The position numbers and the translations under genes were made by a program. A stretch of DNA of 60,929 nt, filler included, from an uncultured bacterium (GTDB lineage: Bacteria > CAYJOG01), in assembly GCA_964371695.1 (NCBI GenBank). It is 7 parts of 7 records of this genome, joined end to end, with 100 filler letters (N's around TTAATTAATTAA, not from the genome) between each part and the next. Parts side by side here need not be neighbours in the genome. Positions count along the whole stretch, not along the records: positions 8,837 to 17,566 come from CAYJOG010000094.1; positions 17,667 to 26,266 come from CAYJOG010000095.1; 5 more parts are not named here. One strand, given 5' to 3'. The notes beneath the pieces are model-generated. The model was not told the DNA's origin, did no database searches, and saw nothing but the letters and a program-made list of their open reading frames with translations. Shown here one piece after another: positions 10,373 to 20,886 of the stretch (position 1 is the first letter of the stretch; the number at the start of each line of letters is the position of its first letter).

Positions 10373-11473
10373 ATGGCCGACGGACAAGAGCGAACCGAGG
10401 CTGCCACCCCCAAACGCCGAGAAGAAGCCCGGCGCAAGGGGCAGGTGCCCAAAAGCCAGGAAGTGGTGAACCTGGTGTGCCTGCTGAGCGTGTTCATGCT
10501 GCTCAAGATGGCGGGGGGGTTCATGTGGGCGCGGCTTTCGCAATACACCATCCAGACCATCCAGGCCAGCAGCGCCGTGGCCCATGTGCCCGCCAATCTG
10601 GTGATGGACCACACCCTTTTCATCATGCGCATGGCCATGACCGAGAGCATCCTCATCCTCACGCCGGTGTTTCTGGCGGCGGTGGCGGCGGGGATATTCT
10701 CAAACCTCATTCAGGTGGGCTTTCTCATCAGCGGCGAGGCGCTGAACATCAAGCTCGACAAACTGGACCCCTTCAAGGGCCTGCAGCGCATGTTGAGCGC
10801 CCGCAGCCTCATTGAACTGGTCAAGGGCCTGGCCAAGGTGGGGCTGGTGACGTGGATCGCCTATGCCTCCATTCGCGCCGATCTGCCCAAATACAACGAA
10901 CTGGCCCAGGCCGACCTGCGGGCCATGGTGGCCGTGACGGCGCTGAGCACTTTCAACATGGTGGTGCGCATGGTGATTGCCCTGCTGTTTGTGGCCCTGC
11001 TGGATTACCTCTATCAGCGCATGGAGTTTGAAAAATCCATCCGCATGACCAAGCAGGAGGTGAAGGACGAGTTCAAACAACGCGAAGGCGACCCCATGAT
11101 CAAGGCCCGCGTGCGCGACCGCATGCGCCAGATGGCCATGCAGAAAATGCTCACCGAGGTGCCCCGCGCCGACGTGGTCATCACCAACCCCATCCACTAC
11201 GCCGTGGCGCTGCTGTGGACCGAGGACATGCCCGCCCCCCAGGTGCTGGCGAAAGGGGCGGGCGAAATCGCCCGGCGCATCCGCGAAATCGCCGAAGAAA
11301 ACAGAATCATGATTGTGGAAGACCCGCCCCTGGCCCAGGCCCTGTACAAAACCACCGAGCCGGGAGAGTGGATTCCACCGGACCTCTTCCGCGCCGCCGC
11401 CAGGGTGCTGGCCTTCGTGTACCGCTCCAAAGGCAAACACGCCAAACTGCGCCAGACCGCAGGGGTGACGTGA
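10373..11473 (+). CDS. flhB: Flagellar export substrate-specificity switch protein FlhB
   Basis: ERTEAATPKRREEARRKGQVPKSQE, 4 TM segments, MTKQEVKDEFKQREGDP, ADVVITNPIHYAVAL. Start moved to ATG 10373 because the upstream frame is MITE/rimO overlap. Confidence 0.93.
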   Translation: MADGQERTEAATPKRREEARRKGQVPKSQEVVNLVCLLSVFMLLKMAGGFMWARLSQYTIQTIQASSAVAHVPANLVMDHTLFIMRMAMTESILILTPVFLAAVAAGIFSNLIQVGFLISGEALNIKLDKLDPFKGLQRMLSARSLIELVKGLAKVGLVTWIAYASIRADLPKYNELAQADLRAMVAVTALSTFNMVVRMVIALLFVALLDYLYQRMEFEKSIRMTKQEVKDEFKQREGDPMIKARVRDRMRQMAMQKMLTEVPRADVVITNPIHYAVALLWTEDMPAPQVLAKGAGEIARRIREIAEENRIMIVEDPPLAQALYKTTEPGEWIPPDLFRAAARVLAFVYRSKGKHAKLRQTAGVT

Positions 11474-11554
11474 GACTGGGAAGATGGAAGAGGAAGAGGA
11501 AAGATAAAGATGAAAGATGGAAGCTGGTAAAAGAAAGGCCCCAGCGTTCCCCGG

Positions 11555-11795
11555 CGTCATTCCCGCGAAAGCGGGAATCCAGCCAAATATAAAAACCACA
11601 TTATTCCCCTCTCCCCTTTACGGGGAGAGGGTGGCCGACGCAGTAGGGCAGGCGTCCCGCCTGCCTGAGCGCGAAGCGCGAAAGCCGGGTGAGGGGTTTA
11701 AGCAAGAAACCAAAAACCACCTTCACTATTCTTTTGGTGGCGCAGGCATCCTGCCTGCGTTCATATAAAAGGCTGGCGAAACGCCCGCTCCACTA
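11555..11795. repeat. Mosaic REP cluster (ATTCCC-type, CCCTCTCCC-type and GTAG-type hairpins)
   Basis: cgtcattcccgcgaaagcgggaatcca at 11555; ccctctcccctttacggggagaggg at ~11607; gtagggcaggcgtcccgcctgcc at 11643; cgcaggcatcctgcctgcg at ~11741. Confidence 0.8.
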
Positions 11796-11941
11796 CCAAA
11801 AGAACATGAAATGATGCTTTCCATATTTGCCCTCACCCCGTCAATGGCTGGATACAACTCAGCCATTGACCACCCTCTCCCATGCAAAGCACGGGAGAGG
11901 GAAACAACCACCACCTGTCTCAGTTCAAATACGACGTCGCC

Positions 11942-12934
11942 TCAACTCTCCCGCGTCTGCCTTAACCCCTCTTCAAAGGGCGTGGTCATGGCAAAACCCA
12001 GCACGCGACGGGCTTTGTCGGCCACAAAATGATGGCTGTTGCTCACCAGTTGTGTGCGATAGGCCGAGAGCGGCGGCAGGCCTTTCTGTTTTGTGGCGGT
12101 CCATAACTTTTCGATGACTTCACCCACCACCAGCGCCACGGGGGCGGGCAGGTCCAGTCGCGGCGGCGGCACGTCATAAACCCGCGCCACCGTCTCGAAA
12201 TATTCCTTCCAGGTCAGGCCCTTTTCGTCAGCCAATATGAACGTCTCCCCCACCGCTTTGGGGTGCTTCAAACACAGCGCCACGCCCTGGGCGAAGTCTG
12301 GCGCAAAAGCGGTGCAGATGAGTCCCCTGCCCCCGCCCACCAGCGTCACCACGCCTTTTTTCAGCCCCTCCACCAGTTGGGGCAGCGCCAGCGTGTCGCC
12401 GGGGCCATAGGGCACCAGCCCCGGACGCACAATGACCGTTTGCAGCTTGCCCCGGCCCTGCGCCCGCTGCACCTCGGCCTCGGCCATGGCCTTGGCCCGG
12501 CCATAACGCAGTGTGGCGTCTGCAGGTGTGTTTTCGTCGGCGTGTTCACGGTTTTTGAAGGCATGCACCGCCACCGAGCTGACATGGACAAAACGCTTCG
12601 CACCGGCCTTTTCCGCCGCCGCTACCATGTTGCGTGTGCCCTCCACCGTGAGGCGGCGAAACTCCCGCCACGGGGCCACGTCCTTCACCGCCGCCGCCAA
12701 ATGCACCACCCCGTGCACCCCCGCCACGGCGCAGGCCGCGCTTTCGGGGCGTGTGATGTCCAGGTCACAACGCTCCCACGCCCCGACGGGCAAATCCTGC
12801 ACCCGCCAGTCCTCTGCGCCCGGCAAATCCCCCACCCGCACCCGCCAGCCCGCCTGCACCAGCGCACGACACACATGGGCGCCCAAAAAACCCAATCCCC
12901 CGGTGACCAGAACAACTTTTGACGAAGTGGACAT
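11942..12934 (-). CDS. NAD-dependent epimerase/dehydratase (extended SDR, 3-beta-HSD-like)
   Basis: VLVTGGLGFLG, VVHLAA, FVHVSSVAV, YGRAKAMAE, VRPGLVPYGPGD. Confidence 0.9.
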   Translation of the reverse strand: MSTSSKVVLVTGGLGFLGAHVCRALVQAGWRVRVGDLPGAEDWRVQDLPVGAWERCDLDITRPESAACAVAGVHGVVHLAAAVKDVAPWREFRRLTVEGTRNMVAAAEKAGAKRFVHVSSVAVHAFKNREHADENTPADATLRYGRAKAMAEAEVQRAQGRGKLQTVIVRPGLVPYGPGDTLALPQLVEGLKKGVVTLVGGGRGLICTAFAPDFAQGVALCLKHPKAVGETFILADEKGLTWKEYFETVARVYDVPPPRLDLPAPVALVVGEVIEKLWTATKQKGLPPLSAYRTQLVSNSHHFVADKARRVLGFAMTTPFEEGLRQTRES

Positions 12935-13102
12935 ATCTGGAGCATAAACACGGGCCGGTTTGCCGTCATTCCGGTTTCCCTCTTTATCATTTGTCCGACT
13001 TTATTTACCATTCGGTCAACAAAGGAGCCTCCCTTGCGTCTATCCGGTTTTCTCCGTCCCGAAACAACGCCGATTTCACCCACAAATCACGTCTGGCGTG
13101 TC

Positions 13103-15151
13103 ATGGCTCCTAAACTAACGGCCATGGCCCTGCCCTCGCGCCCTCTCCGCTGGTTGGTGCTTACCCTTTCCCTGTGCCTGCTCACGGGCTGCCAGCAACC
13201 CGGTGACGCCCGCACGAAATCAAAAGGAGTCCTCCCCGACATGGACCAACGCATCAAGGCCCCCGAACTGGACAAAGGCTCGGCCTGGCTGAACACCGAC
13301 CACCCCCTCTCGCTCCAACACGACCTCAAGGGCCAAGTGGTGCTGCTGGATTTCTGGACCTATTGCTGCATCAACTGCATTCATGTGTTGCCCGACCTGA
13401 AATTTCTGGAGCACAAATACAAAGACCAGCCCTTTGCCGTGGTGGGGGTGCACAGCGCCAAATTCGAGAACGAAGGCACCCGCCAGAACGTGCGCAGCGC
13501 CATTTTGCGTTATGAAATCGAGCACCCGGTGGTGGTGGACGACCAGATGGCCCTGTGGCAGCGATACGGCATCCGCAGTTGGCCTTCGCTGGTGCTGATT
13601 GACTCAGCGGGCCGCGTGGTGGGTGTGGCCCCCGGCGAGGGCAACCGAGAGATTCTCGACCGCGCCATAGACGCCCTGCTGGAAGAAGGCCGCCGCAACA
13701 AAACACTCGCCGCCGGGCCGCTCAAACTCAAGCGCGAGGGTCAGGTGCGGGCGGCGGGGGGGCTGTCGTTTCCGGGAAAGGTGGCGGCAGATGAAAAAAC
13801 CCGGCGGGTTTTCGTTGCCGACAGCAACCACAACCGCATTGTGGTGAGCGAATGGCCCGACGAGCAGGGCCACGCCCGCCTGATTCAGGTGATTGGCCAG
13901 GGTCAGGCCGGGCAAAAAGACGGCCCGGCCACCGAGGCCAGGTTTGATCACCCCCAGGGGCTGGCCGTTGGCAAGGAACTCCTCTACGTCGCCGACACCG
14001 AGGCCCACACCATCCGCCGGGTGAGCCTGAAGGACTGGTCGGTGAAAACCATTGCGGGCACCGGCAAGCAGGACGACGACCGCACCGGCGGCGGCACGGG
14101 CACACGTCAGGGACTGAACAGCCCATGGGACCTCGCCCTGAGTGACGATGAAAAGCTGCTTTACATCGCCATGGCCGGGCCACACCAGATTTGGGTGATG
14201 GACCTGCAAAACAACAAGGTGCGGCGCTTTGCCGGTTCGGGTAACGAAAACCTGTTTGACGGCCCCGCCGAGCAGGCGGCCCTGGCCCAGCCCAGCGGTC
14301 TGGCGCTGCACGGCAACCGGCTTTATTTCGCCGACAGCGAAGTGAGCGCCGTGCGTTATGTGGACCTCACCCGCCGCGAAGTGAACACGGTGATTGGCGA
14401 GGGGCTGTTCGAGTTTGGCGACCGGGACGGAAGATATCCGTCGGCGCGCCTGCAACACGCCCTGGGCGTGGCGGCCTGGGGGGGGCAGCTTTTGGTGGCC
14501 GACACCTATAACCACAAAATCAAGCTGGTGGACCCGGTGGCCAAATCCAGCGCCACCTTTCTTGGCCTGGGCAAACCCGCCGCCCAGGACGGCCCCGCCC
14601 TGGGACTGTACGAACCCGGCGGCCTGGCGGTGTCGGGCGGCGAATTGTTTGTGGCCGACACCAACAACCACCGGCTGGTGCGGGTGAACCTGCAAACCAA
14701 CCAGTGGCAGGAAGTGGTGGTGGAGGGACTGACGCCCCCCGAACACCTGATGAAAACCCAGCGGGATGCGGTGACACTCACCGACCCCGCCACCATCGAC
14801 CCACAAAAACCCCTCGCCCTCACGCTGCATCTGGAAATGCCCAAGGGTTATGGCCTCAACGCCGAAGCCCCCACCTCCCTGCGGGTTTCATCCGGAGAAA
14901 AAACCCTGCTGAGCCAGACCACCCACACCCGCAGCGGCGAACTTTCGGCGGAGTTGCCCCCCGGCTGGCTCAAACCCGGCGAAACCACCACCCTTCAGGT
15001 GCAACTGCGCACCGCCTATTGCCAGAAAGAAGGCGGCGGCGTGTGCCTGCCCTTTTCCGCCACCTGGCAAACCCCTGTGAGCACCGGCGAGGACACCCGT
15101 CAGACCCTGGATTTCAAAACCACGCTTCCCGCCGTCAAGAGCGTGTTTTAG
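13103..15151 (+). CDS. Thioredoxin-like plus NHL-repeat protein (NHLRC2/SOQ1-like), probable lipoprotein
   Basis: LLTG-C lipobox; LLDFWTYCCINC, VGVHSAKFENE, several NHL repeats (ADSNHNRI, LNSPWDL, LAQPSGL, LQHALGV), C-terminal YC..GVC. Start uncertain (13103 or 13124). Confidence 0.9.
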   Translation: MAPKLTAMALPSRPLRWLVLTLSLCLLTGCQQPGDARTKSKGVLPDMDQRIKAPELDKGSAWLNTDHPLSLQHDLKGQVVLLDFWTYCCINCIHVLPDLKFLEHKYKDQPFAVVGVHSAKFENEGTRQNVRSAILRYEIEHPVVVDDQMALWQRYGIRSWPSLVLIDSAGRVVGVAPGEGNREILDRAIDALLEEGRRNKTLAAGPLKLKREGQVRAAGGLSFPGKVAADEKTRRVFVADSNHNRIVVSEWPDEQGHARLIQVIGQGQAGQKDGPATEARFDHPQGLAVGKELLYVADTEAHTIRRVSLKDWSVKTIAGTGKQDDDRTGGGTGTRQGLNSPWDLALSDDEKLLYIAMAGPHQIWVMDLQNNKVRRFAGSGNENLFDGPAEQAALAQPSGLALHGNRLYFADSEVSAVRYVDLTRREVNTVIGEGLFEFGDRDGRYPSARLQHALGVAAWGGQLLVADTYNHKIKLVDPVAKSSATFLGLGKPAAQDGPALGLYEPGGLAVSGGELFVADTNNHRLVRVNLQTNQWQEVVVEGLTPPEHLMKTQRDAVTLTDPATIDPQKPLALTLHLEMPKGYGLNAEAPTSLRVSSGEKTLLSQTTHTRSGELSAELPPGWLKPGETTTLQVQLRTAYCQKEGGGVCLPFSATWQTPVSTGEDTRQTLDFKTTLPAVKSVF

Positions 15152-15698
15152 AGCATTTTCCTGAAACTTGCAGATGGGGGGCAACGCCCCCGCGATCTCA
15201 GCCCACCTGCCTGTCAGAGCTTTCGGGCGGGTTCGCGTTCTGGATGCGCAGGGGAGGTTCGGAAAGTTTGTTGCGCACCCGGCGGCGATAGCGCATTTCA
15301 TCCAGCGGGAAAAGCACCCACTTCACAACCTTTTTGAGAAAGGCCTTGAATACACTGAATAAGGACCGTTTTTTTCGCATGGCGGTTAAACTAAGCAGAC
15401 GGTTTTGATAAAAGGCTGTGCCACCATTTGGGCCAAAGCCCCTCAACACTGGGTGAGAAACCGCTTCCCTGGCATTTTCACCACGTAAACCGAGGGCTGA
15501 AATGGCGCTTTCGCCAATCTTAACATCGGTCACACCTGTCGCGAAAATTAACGGTGTTATGGTTACCACAGGCTTTTTTGTTGAAACCGGGCCATATTTT
15601 TTGGAAAACATGGGTATTTCTGGGCAATAACCTTGCCAGGATTTAACTGGCCTGCATTCTTGCCAATTTTGGCGCTCAGGTTCGCATAAGATTTGGCG

Positions 15699-17489
15699 AT
15701 GAATCACTGGCTCTTTCAGGAACGCTGGGGGCATCCCCGCCCGGACAAAGCCCGTCCCCAGTGGCTGGACCTCACCGGAGAGTGGTCCTTTGACCTGGAC
15801 CCCTGGCGCAAAGGGCTGGGACGCGGTTGGCAACACAACCCTGGCCTGCTCAAAAAACACATCCAGGTCCCCTTTCCGGTGGAAAGTCCGCTGAGCGGTG
15901 TAGAGACGCACCCCGGCCTGTCGGCCTTCTGGTATGGCCGCTGGATGGCCCCGCCCACCGGCTGGCAGGGCCGTGGGCGTGTGCTGCTGCATTTCGGCGC
16001 GGTGGACGCCACCACCCAGGTATTCCTGAACGGTGTCTCCCTGGGCAGCCACACGGGGGGCTTTTCCCCTTTCTCCTTTGACATCACCCGGCACCTGCAA
16101 CCGGGGGCCAACGCCCTGTGCCTGCTGGTGAGCGACCTGCCCGACCCGCGCCTGGCCCGGGGCAAACAGTCGCTGCTCAATCAGGGGGTGCTGGTGTTTT
16201 ACCCCCCCACCAGCGGCGTGTGGCAACCCGTGTGGCTGGAAAAAGTCGGTGAGATTTATGCCGAGCGTTACACCAGCCACTGGTCTGCCAGAGAGGGCGC
16301 GCTCAGCCTGGGCGTGACGCTGGCGGGGGGTGCGGGGCGCTGTGTGCTCACCGCTCATCTCACACAACCCGGTGGCGAAGTGCTCAAAACCTCTCTCACC
16401 GTTCACAAAAAACAGGACCGCATGACCGTGGACCTGCCGCCCCTGCCACTGCCCCACCCAGCCCTCTGGAGCACGGACTCACCCCATCTTTATCCCCTGC
16501 GGTTCACCGTGACAGGCGCGGGCGAAGCGGACGAACTGTTTGGTTACATAGGCCTGCGCACCATCGAGGCGCGGGGCGACCGCATTTTTCTCAACAACGC
16601 GGAACTGTTTCAGCAGATGGCCCTGTGCCAGGGTTATTTCGAGGGCGGGCTGTGTACGCCACCCAACGGAGCTGAGGATTTCTGGCGCGACGTGTCGGTG
16701 AGCAAAGACCTTGGTTTCAACGGCCTGCGCATGCACGCCAAGGCCGAAGACCCCCGGTTTCATGCCGCCGCCGACGCCCTGGGCCTGCTGCTTTGGGCCG
16801 AAATGCCCAGCGCCTATCNNNNNNNNNNCTGCAAACCTCAGCGCGAAAACCTGCTGAGAGAGTGGCGCACCCTGCTGGACCGCGACCGGGGCCACCCCAG
16901 CATCATCACCTGGGTGCCCGTCAACGAAAGCTGGGGCGCGCCGCTTGTCAGTTTCGACACCACCCAGCGGGAATTTGTCGAAGAGCTGTATCACTTCACC
17001 AAAACCCAGGACCCCACCCGTCTGGTGGTGGACAACAGCGGTTTTGAACACACCACCACCGACGTGCTGGACCTGCATCACTACCTGGCCACGCCCGCCC
17101 AGGCCAGAGACTATTACCAGCGGCTGAAAGACCCCGGCCAGTTGGTGGCGAACTTCAAAGACCAGATTTTCAGACCCCTGCCGGGCCTGGGGGTGGTGAG
17201 CGCCTATGCGCCGGGTTTTGCCTGGCGGGGCGAGCCGATGATCATTTCGGAATACGGCGGCTGGCCCTATTACCCCAGCCTGCCGGGCCTCACCGGCGGC
17301 ATGGAGGCCGTGTTCCGCGACTACACCCTGGACATCGCCCGGGCCGGTCACCTGCGGGGTTACTGCTACACACAACTCTACGACACTCATCAGGAAGACA
17401 ACGGCCTGCTGGACATCCACCGACAACCCAAAATCCCGGCGGCGGCCATCCGGTGGGTCAACGACGAAGCCCGGCGGATATATTTCTAG
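15699..17489 (+). CDS. Glycoside hydrolase family 2
   Basis: LTGEWSF, IQVPFPVESPLSG, LLHFGAVD, RGKQ, HPSIITWVPVNESWG, ISEYGG, GYCYTQLYD..QEDNGL; 10-N gap at 16819. Confidence 0.9.
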   Translation: MNHWLFQERWGHPRPDKARPQWLDLTGEWSFDLDPWRKGLGRGWQHNPGLLKKHIQVPFPVESPLSGVETHPGLSAFWYGRWMAPPTGWQGRGRVLLHFGAVDATTQVFLNGVSLGSHTGGFSPFSFDITRHLQPGANALCLLVSDLPDPRLARGKQSLLNQGVLVFYPPTSGVWQPVWLEKVGEIYAERYTSHWSAREGALSLGVTLAGGAGRCVLTAHLTQPGGEVLKTSLTVHKKQDRMTVDLPPLPLPHPALWSTDSPHLYPLRFTVTGAGEADELFGYIGLRTIEARGDRIFLNNAELFQQMALCQGYFEGGLCTPPNGAEDFWRDVSVSKDLGFNGLRMHAKAEDPRFHAAADALGLLLWAEMPSAYXXXXCKPQRENLLREWRTLLDRDRGHPSIITWVPVNESWGAPLVSFDTTQREFVEELYHFTKTQDPTRLVVDNSGFEHTTTDVLDLHHYLATPAQARDYYQRLKDPGQLVANFKDQIFRPLPGLGVVSAYAPGFAWRGEPMIISEYGGWPYYPSLPGLTGGMEAVFRDYTLDIARAGHLRGYCYTQLYDTHQEDNGLLDIHRQPKIPAAAIRWVNDEARRIYF

Positions 17490-17511
17490 TGGTTCATTCG
17501 ACTTAAAATGC

Positions 17512-17566
17512 GTAGCAGCGATGTCCCCATCGCTGCTGTCATAGTGCGGTGGGGACACCGCACCTA
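17512..17566. repeat. GTAG-type REP doublet at contig end
   Basis: gtagcagcgatgtccccatcgctgct...gtgcggtggggacaccgcaccta. Confidence 0.65.
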
Positions 17567-17666
17567 NNNNNNNNNNNNNNNNNNNNNNNNNNNNNNNNNN
17601 NNNNNNNNNNTTAATTAATTAANNNNNNNNNNNNNNNNNNNNNNNNNNNNNNNNNNNNNNNNNNNN

Positions 17667-18938
17667 GGTTTTGAGGTGCCCGTGGAAATGGCCGCCAAGG
17701 AGCTGTTGTATCAGGGCAAACCGGCGCGGGTGGTGACGGTGTGGGATCTTTCGCGCCGCAAACGCAACGAGGAAACCCTGCGGCAAAAAGAAGACCAGTT
17801 GCGCCAGTCGCAGAAGATGGAAGCCGTGGGGCGGCTGGCGGGGGGCATTGCCCACGATTTCAACAACCTGCTGGTGGGCATTCAGGGATATGCCGAGCTG
17901 TTGCACCAGCGCGTGTCTGGCGAAGAAAAACTCGAAAAATCCACCAGCGCCATTTTGCGCTGCGCCAGCCGGGCCGCCGACCTCACAGAGCATCTGCTGA
18001 GTTTTTCGCGCAAGGGCAGCCAGCAACTGATGCCGGTGGATTTTCACGGGGTGGTGGATGGCGTGGCGGGCCTGCTGGATCACTGTGTGGACCGCCGGGT
18101 GACGGTGCGCCTGTCGCTGCTGGCAAAGGAAACCACCGTGCTGGGAGACCCGGCCCAGCTTGAGAGCATGTTGCTGAACCTGTCCATCAACGCGTCTGAC
18201 GCCATGCCCGGCGGGGGCGAGCTGAGCATTCGCACCGACAACGTGGTGGTGGAGCCGGGGGCGGCCCATGACCCCCAGGCCCTCAGGCCGGGGGCCTGGC
18301 TGCACCTGTGTGTGCAGGACAACGGCCTGGGCATGACCGAGGAAACCCGCAGCCGGTGTTTCGAGCCGTTTTTCACCACCAAGGACGTGGGCGAGGGCAC
18401 GGGCCTGGGGCTGGCCACGGTCTATGGCACGGTCAAGACCCACGGCGGCGACATCCAGTTGCACAGCGAGCCGGGCAAGGGCACCACGTTCGAGATTTTT
18501 CTGCCGCTGGTGACACAGGCCGCCCCCGCCGCCCCGGTGGCCACCGCCGCCATGCCCCAGGGCGCTGGCCGCGTGCTGGTGGTGGATGACGAAGCGCACA
18601 TCCGCGAACTGTGTCAGGAGGTGCTCACCGAGCTGGGTTATGAAGTGCTCACGTGTGCTGACGGACTGGCGGCGCTGGAAACCTTTGTGGCCCACGAGGG
18701 GCGCTTCACCACCGTGGTGATGGACATGGTGATGCCGGGCATGGACGGCCACGAAACCCTGCATCTCATGCGCGAGGTGAACCCCACGCTGCCGGTGCTG
18801 CTGTGTACGGGCTTCAGCCAGCAGAAGCCAGAGGAGCTGGCCCGGCAGGACAACCACATGGAATACCTGCCCAAGCCTTTTCGTCTGGAGGAACTGGCCC
18901 AGGCCATGTCGCGACTGGCCGGAAAAGTGGCGCGGTAG
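17667..18938 (+). CDS. Hybrid sensor histidine kinase/response regulator (CckA-like), 5' truncated
   Basis: [48 protein letters not shown], receiver domain VLVVDDE...DMVMPGMDG...KPF. Confidence 0.93.
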   Translation, partial: GFEVPVEMAAKELLYQGKPARVVTVWDLSRRKRNEETLRQKEDQLRQSQKMEAVGRLAGGIAHDFNNLLVGIQGYAELLHQRVSGEEKLEKSTSAILRCASRAADLTEHLLSFSRKGSQQLMPVDFHGVVDGVAGLLDHCVDRRVTVRLSLLAKETTVLGDPAQLESMLLNLSINASDAMPGGGELSIRTDNVVVEPGAAHDPQALRPGAWLHLCVQDNGLGMTEETRSRCFEPFFTTKDVGEGTGLGLATVYGTVKTHGGDIQLHSEPGKGTTFEIFLPLVTQAAPAAPVATAAMPQGAGRVLVVDDEAHIRELCQEVLTELGYEVLTCADGLAALETFVAHEGRFTTVVMDMVMPGMDGHETLHLMREVNPTLPVLLCTGFSQQKPEELARQDNHMEYLPKPFRLEELAQAMSRLAGKVAR

Positions 18939-18994
18939 AGCCGGGGCAAAAAAACTCCTGCCTTAAAAAAATTTGGTTTCGCTTCTTTGTTGAC

Positions 18995-19303
18995 CCCTCA
19001 CCCCAACCCTCTCCCCAGTGGGGGAGAGGGGGTAAACACGCCTGACTTTCAAATGCGAAATCCTGAACGCATACCGCCCTTACGCCGGTTGGATTTGAGT
19101 TATCCACCGGGACGCTCCCCCGACCCCCTCTCCCCCACTGGGGAGAGGGTTGGGGTGAGGGGTTTTTACAAAAGCAAAAAACCACAGTTCTTTTTTCCGC
19201 CCAAAGCACGGGAAAGGGGTGGTGCTTTTTGCTTTACGCAGGCAAGATGCCTGCGCCACCAGTTTTTTGTTTTACCTGGATTCCCGCTTTTGCGGCAATG
19301 ACG
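18995..19303. repeat. Inverted pair of CCCTCACCCCAACCCTCTCCC REPs plus other REP hairpins
   Basis: cccctcaccccaaccctctccccagtgggggagaggggg and its reverse complement at ~19125-19162; degenerate ATTCCC REP at 19277. Confidence 0.8.
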
Positions 19304-19330
19304 GCAGGTTATTCGTATTGAGGATGGAAC

Positions 19331-20833
19331 ATGACCACCAAGAACCCTGACACCCAAACCAACCGCCTCTCGGTGCTGCTGCTGCTGGCCGGTGTGGCCT
19401 GCTTTTGGCTGCTGGGCATGGCGGGGCGCACCGGCGGTGTCACGCCCCAGGGCTGGGGAGAACACGCCCTCGCCCTGTGGCAGATGGTGGGCGGCGCACG
19501 GCCCTATGGGGGCAATTTTGTACACACCGAGGGGCATCTCTTTCTGGTCACCGCCGCGCCCTTTGCCAAGTGGGTGTGGGGCCAGGGCTGGGGCCTGTGG
19601 GGGCTGACGCTTTATAGCCGCCTGCTGCTCACGCTGGCGGCGCTGCTCATGGCCCGATCGGCCAGAGAGGCGGGCCTGAGGGGTCTGGCCCCGGCGCTGG
19701 TGGGCCTGCTGGTGATGTTCCACCCCTTTGTGCTGGATCTGGCCATGGGGTTTGAGGGCATGGCCGACGTGGTGTTTTATCTGTCGCTGGCGGCGTTGGG
19801 TCTGGTGCGGGGCAACGGCTGGCTGGTGGGGTCGGGTGTGGCCATGGCGGCCATGTGCCGGGGCGGTGCGCTGCCCCACGGCCTGCTGATTTCGCTGGCC
19901 TTTCTGGTGATTTATCCCAAAGGCTGGTGGCGCTGGCTGCTGAGTGTGTTGCTGGCGGTGGGGCTGATTTTGGGGCCGGTGTGGGTGCAGCATTTTCAGG
20001 GCTGGCAACTGTCGGTCATCCGGTTTCATTGGGTGAAGGTGTTTGTGCAGCAGGGCCTGCCGCTGATTCTGCTGAACCTGCTGCTGGCGGGGGCGGTGCC
20101 CCTCGCCGCCCTGCTGGGGTCCTGGCAGGGATGGTTCCAGCAGCGGACTGGCGCGCCCGCGCCCATGGCCCGGCGTGTGGGCCTGATGCTGGCCTTTGGC
20201 CTGGGGCCGGTGATGGGGCTGGTGTTTTTTCTCAAGGGGCATCTGGTCTCCGAAACCCGTTTCGTGCCCACGCTGCTGCTCATGGCCATTGGCGCGCTGG
20301 TGGTGTTTCAGCAGGCGGGGCTGAGCGCCGCAGCAGACACACCGGCCCCCGCGCCAGAGGCTGAACCGCCCCTGGCCCCCGCCGGGCCAGCGCCCCTGCG
20401 CAATACACTGGTGCTCGCGCTGGCGGCCCTGCTGTTTCATCTGGCGCTGAGCCTGCGCTGGCAGGTGGACCGCTGGCAGCGCCCCGTGCGGCTGAGGCCC
20501 CTGCTGGCGGCCCTGCGACACGAAGGCCCCCGCCCCACGCTCTATGGCGAGCCGGACCTGGTGGCCCAGGCGCTCTTTGAAAAACCGGGCCTGCAACTGT
20601 GGCGGGGTTTCAACCGGTTTGACGTGAGCCTGTTCGCCAGCCTGATAGACCGCGAGGTCTTTTTGAAAGTGCTGGAAAAAGACCCGCCGGATTTTCTGCT
20701 GATCGACCGCGACAGCCAGACCGCCATGGTGCGCTCACAAAGCGTGCTGACGTGGATGCTGCAAAACTACGCCCCCGTGGCCACCAACCGCCGCCAGAGC
20801 CTGCTTTTGCTCAAACACAAGGGGCGGTATTGA
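19331..20833 (+). CDS. Multi-pass membrane protein, unknown function (GT-C glycosyltransferase-like topology possible)
   Basis: GAGGA SD; about 10-12 hydrophobic segments and a soluble C-terminal tail (PPDFLLID). Confidence 0.6.
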   Translation: MTTKNPDTQTNRLSVLLLLAGVACFWLLGMAGRTGGVTPQGWGEHALALWQMVGGARPYGGNFVHTEGHLFLVTAAPFAKWVWGQGWGLWGLTLYSRLLLTLAALLMARSAREAGLRGLAPALVGLLVMFHPFVLDLAMGFEGMADVVFYLSLAALGLVRGNGWLVGSGVAMAAMCRGGALPHGLLISLAFLVIYPKGWWRWLLSVLLAVGLILGPVWVQHFQGWQLSVIRFHWVKVFVQQGLPLILLNLLLAGAVPLAALLGSWQGWFQQRTGAPAPMARRVGLMLAFGLGPVMGLVFFLKGHLVSETRFVPTLLLMAIGALVVFQQAGLSAAADTPAPAPEAEPPLAPAGPAPLRNTLVLALAALLFHLALSLRWQVDRWQRPVRLRPLLAALRHEGPRPTLYGEPDLVAQALFEKPGLQLWRGFNRFDVSLFASLIDREVFLKVLEKDPPDFLLIDRDSQTAMVRSQSVLTWMLQNYAPVATNRRQSLLLLKHKGRY

Positions 20834-20886
20834 TAAAGTCTGTCCTGGATTTTATCAACGGGCGAACAGCCTGCTAATCTTGAGCC

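Noticed and set aside
15622-15637. GGGCAATAACCTTGCC as a sigma-54 promoter for the GH2 gene
   Set aside because: GG-N10-GC spacing fits but the TGGCAC box is weak; insufficient support.
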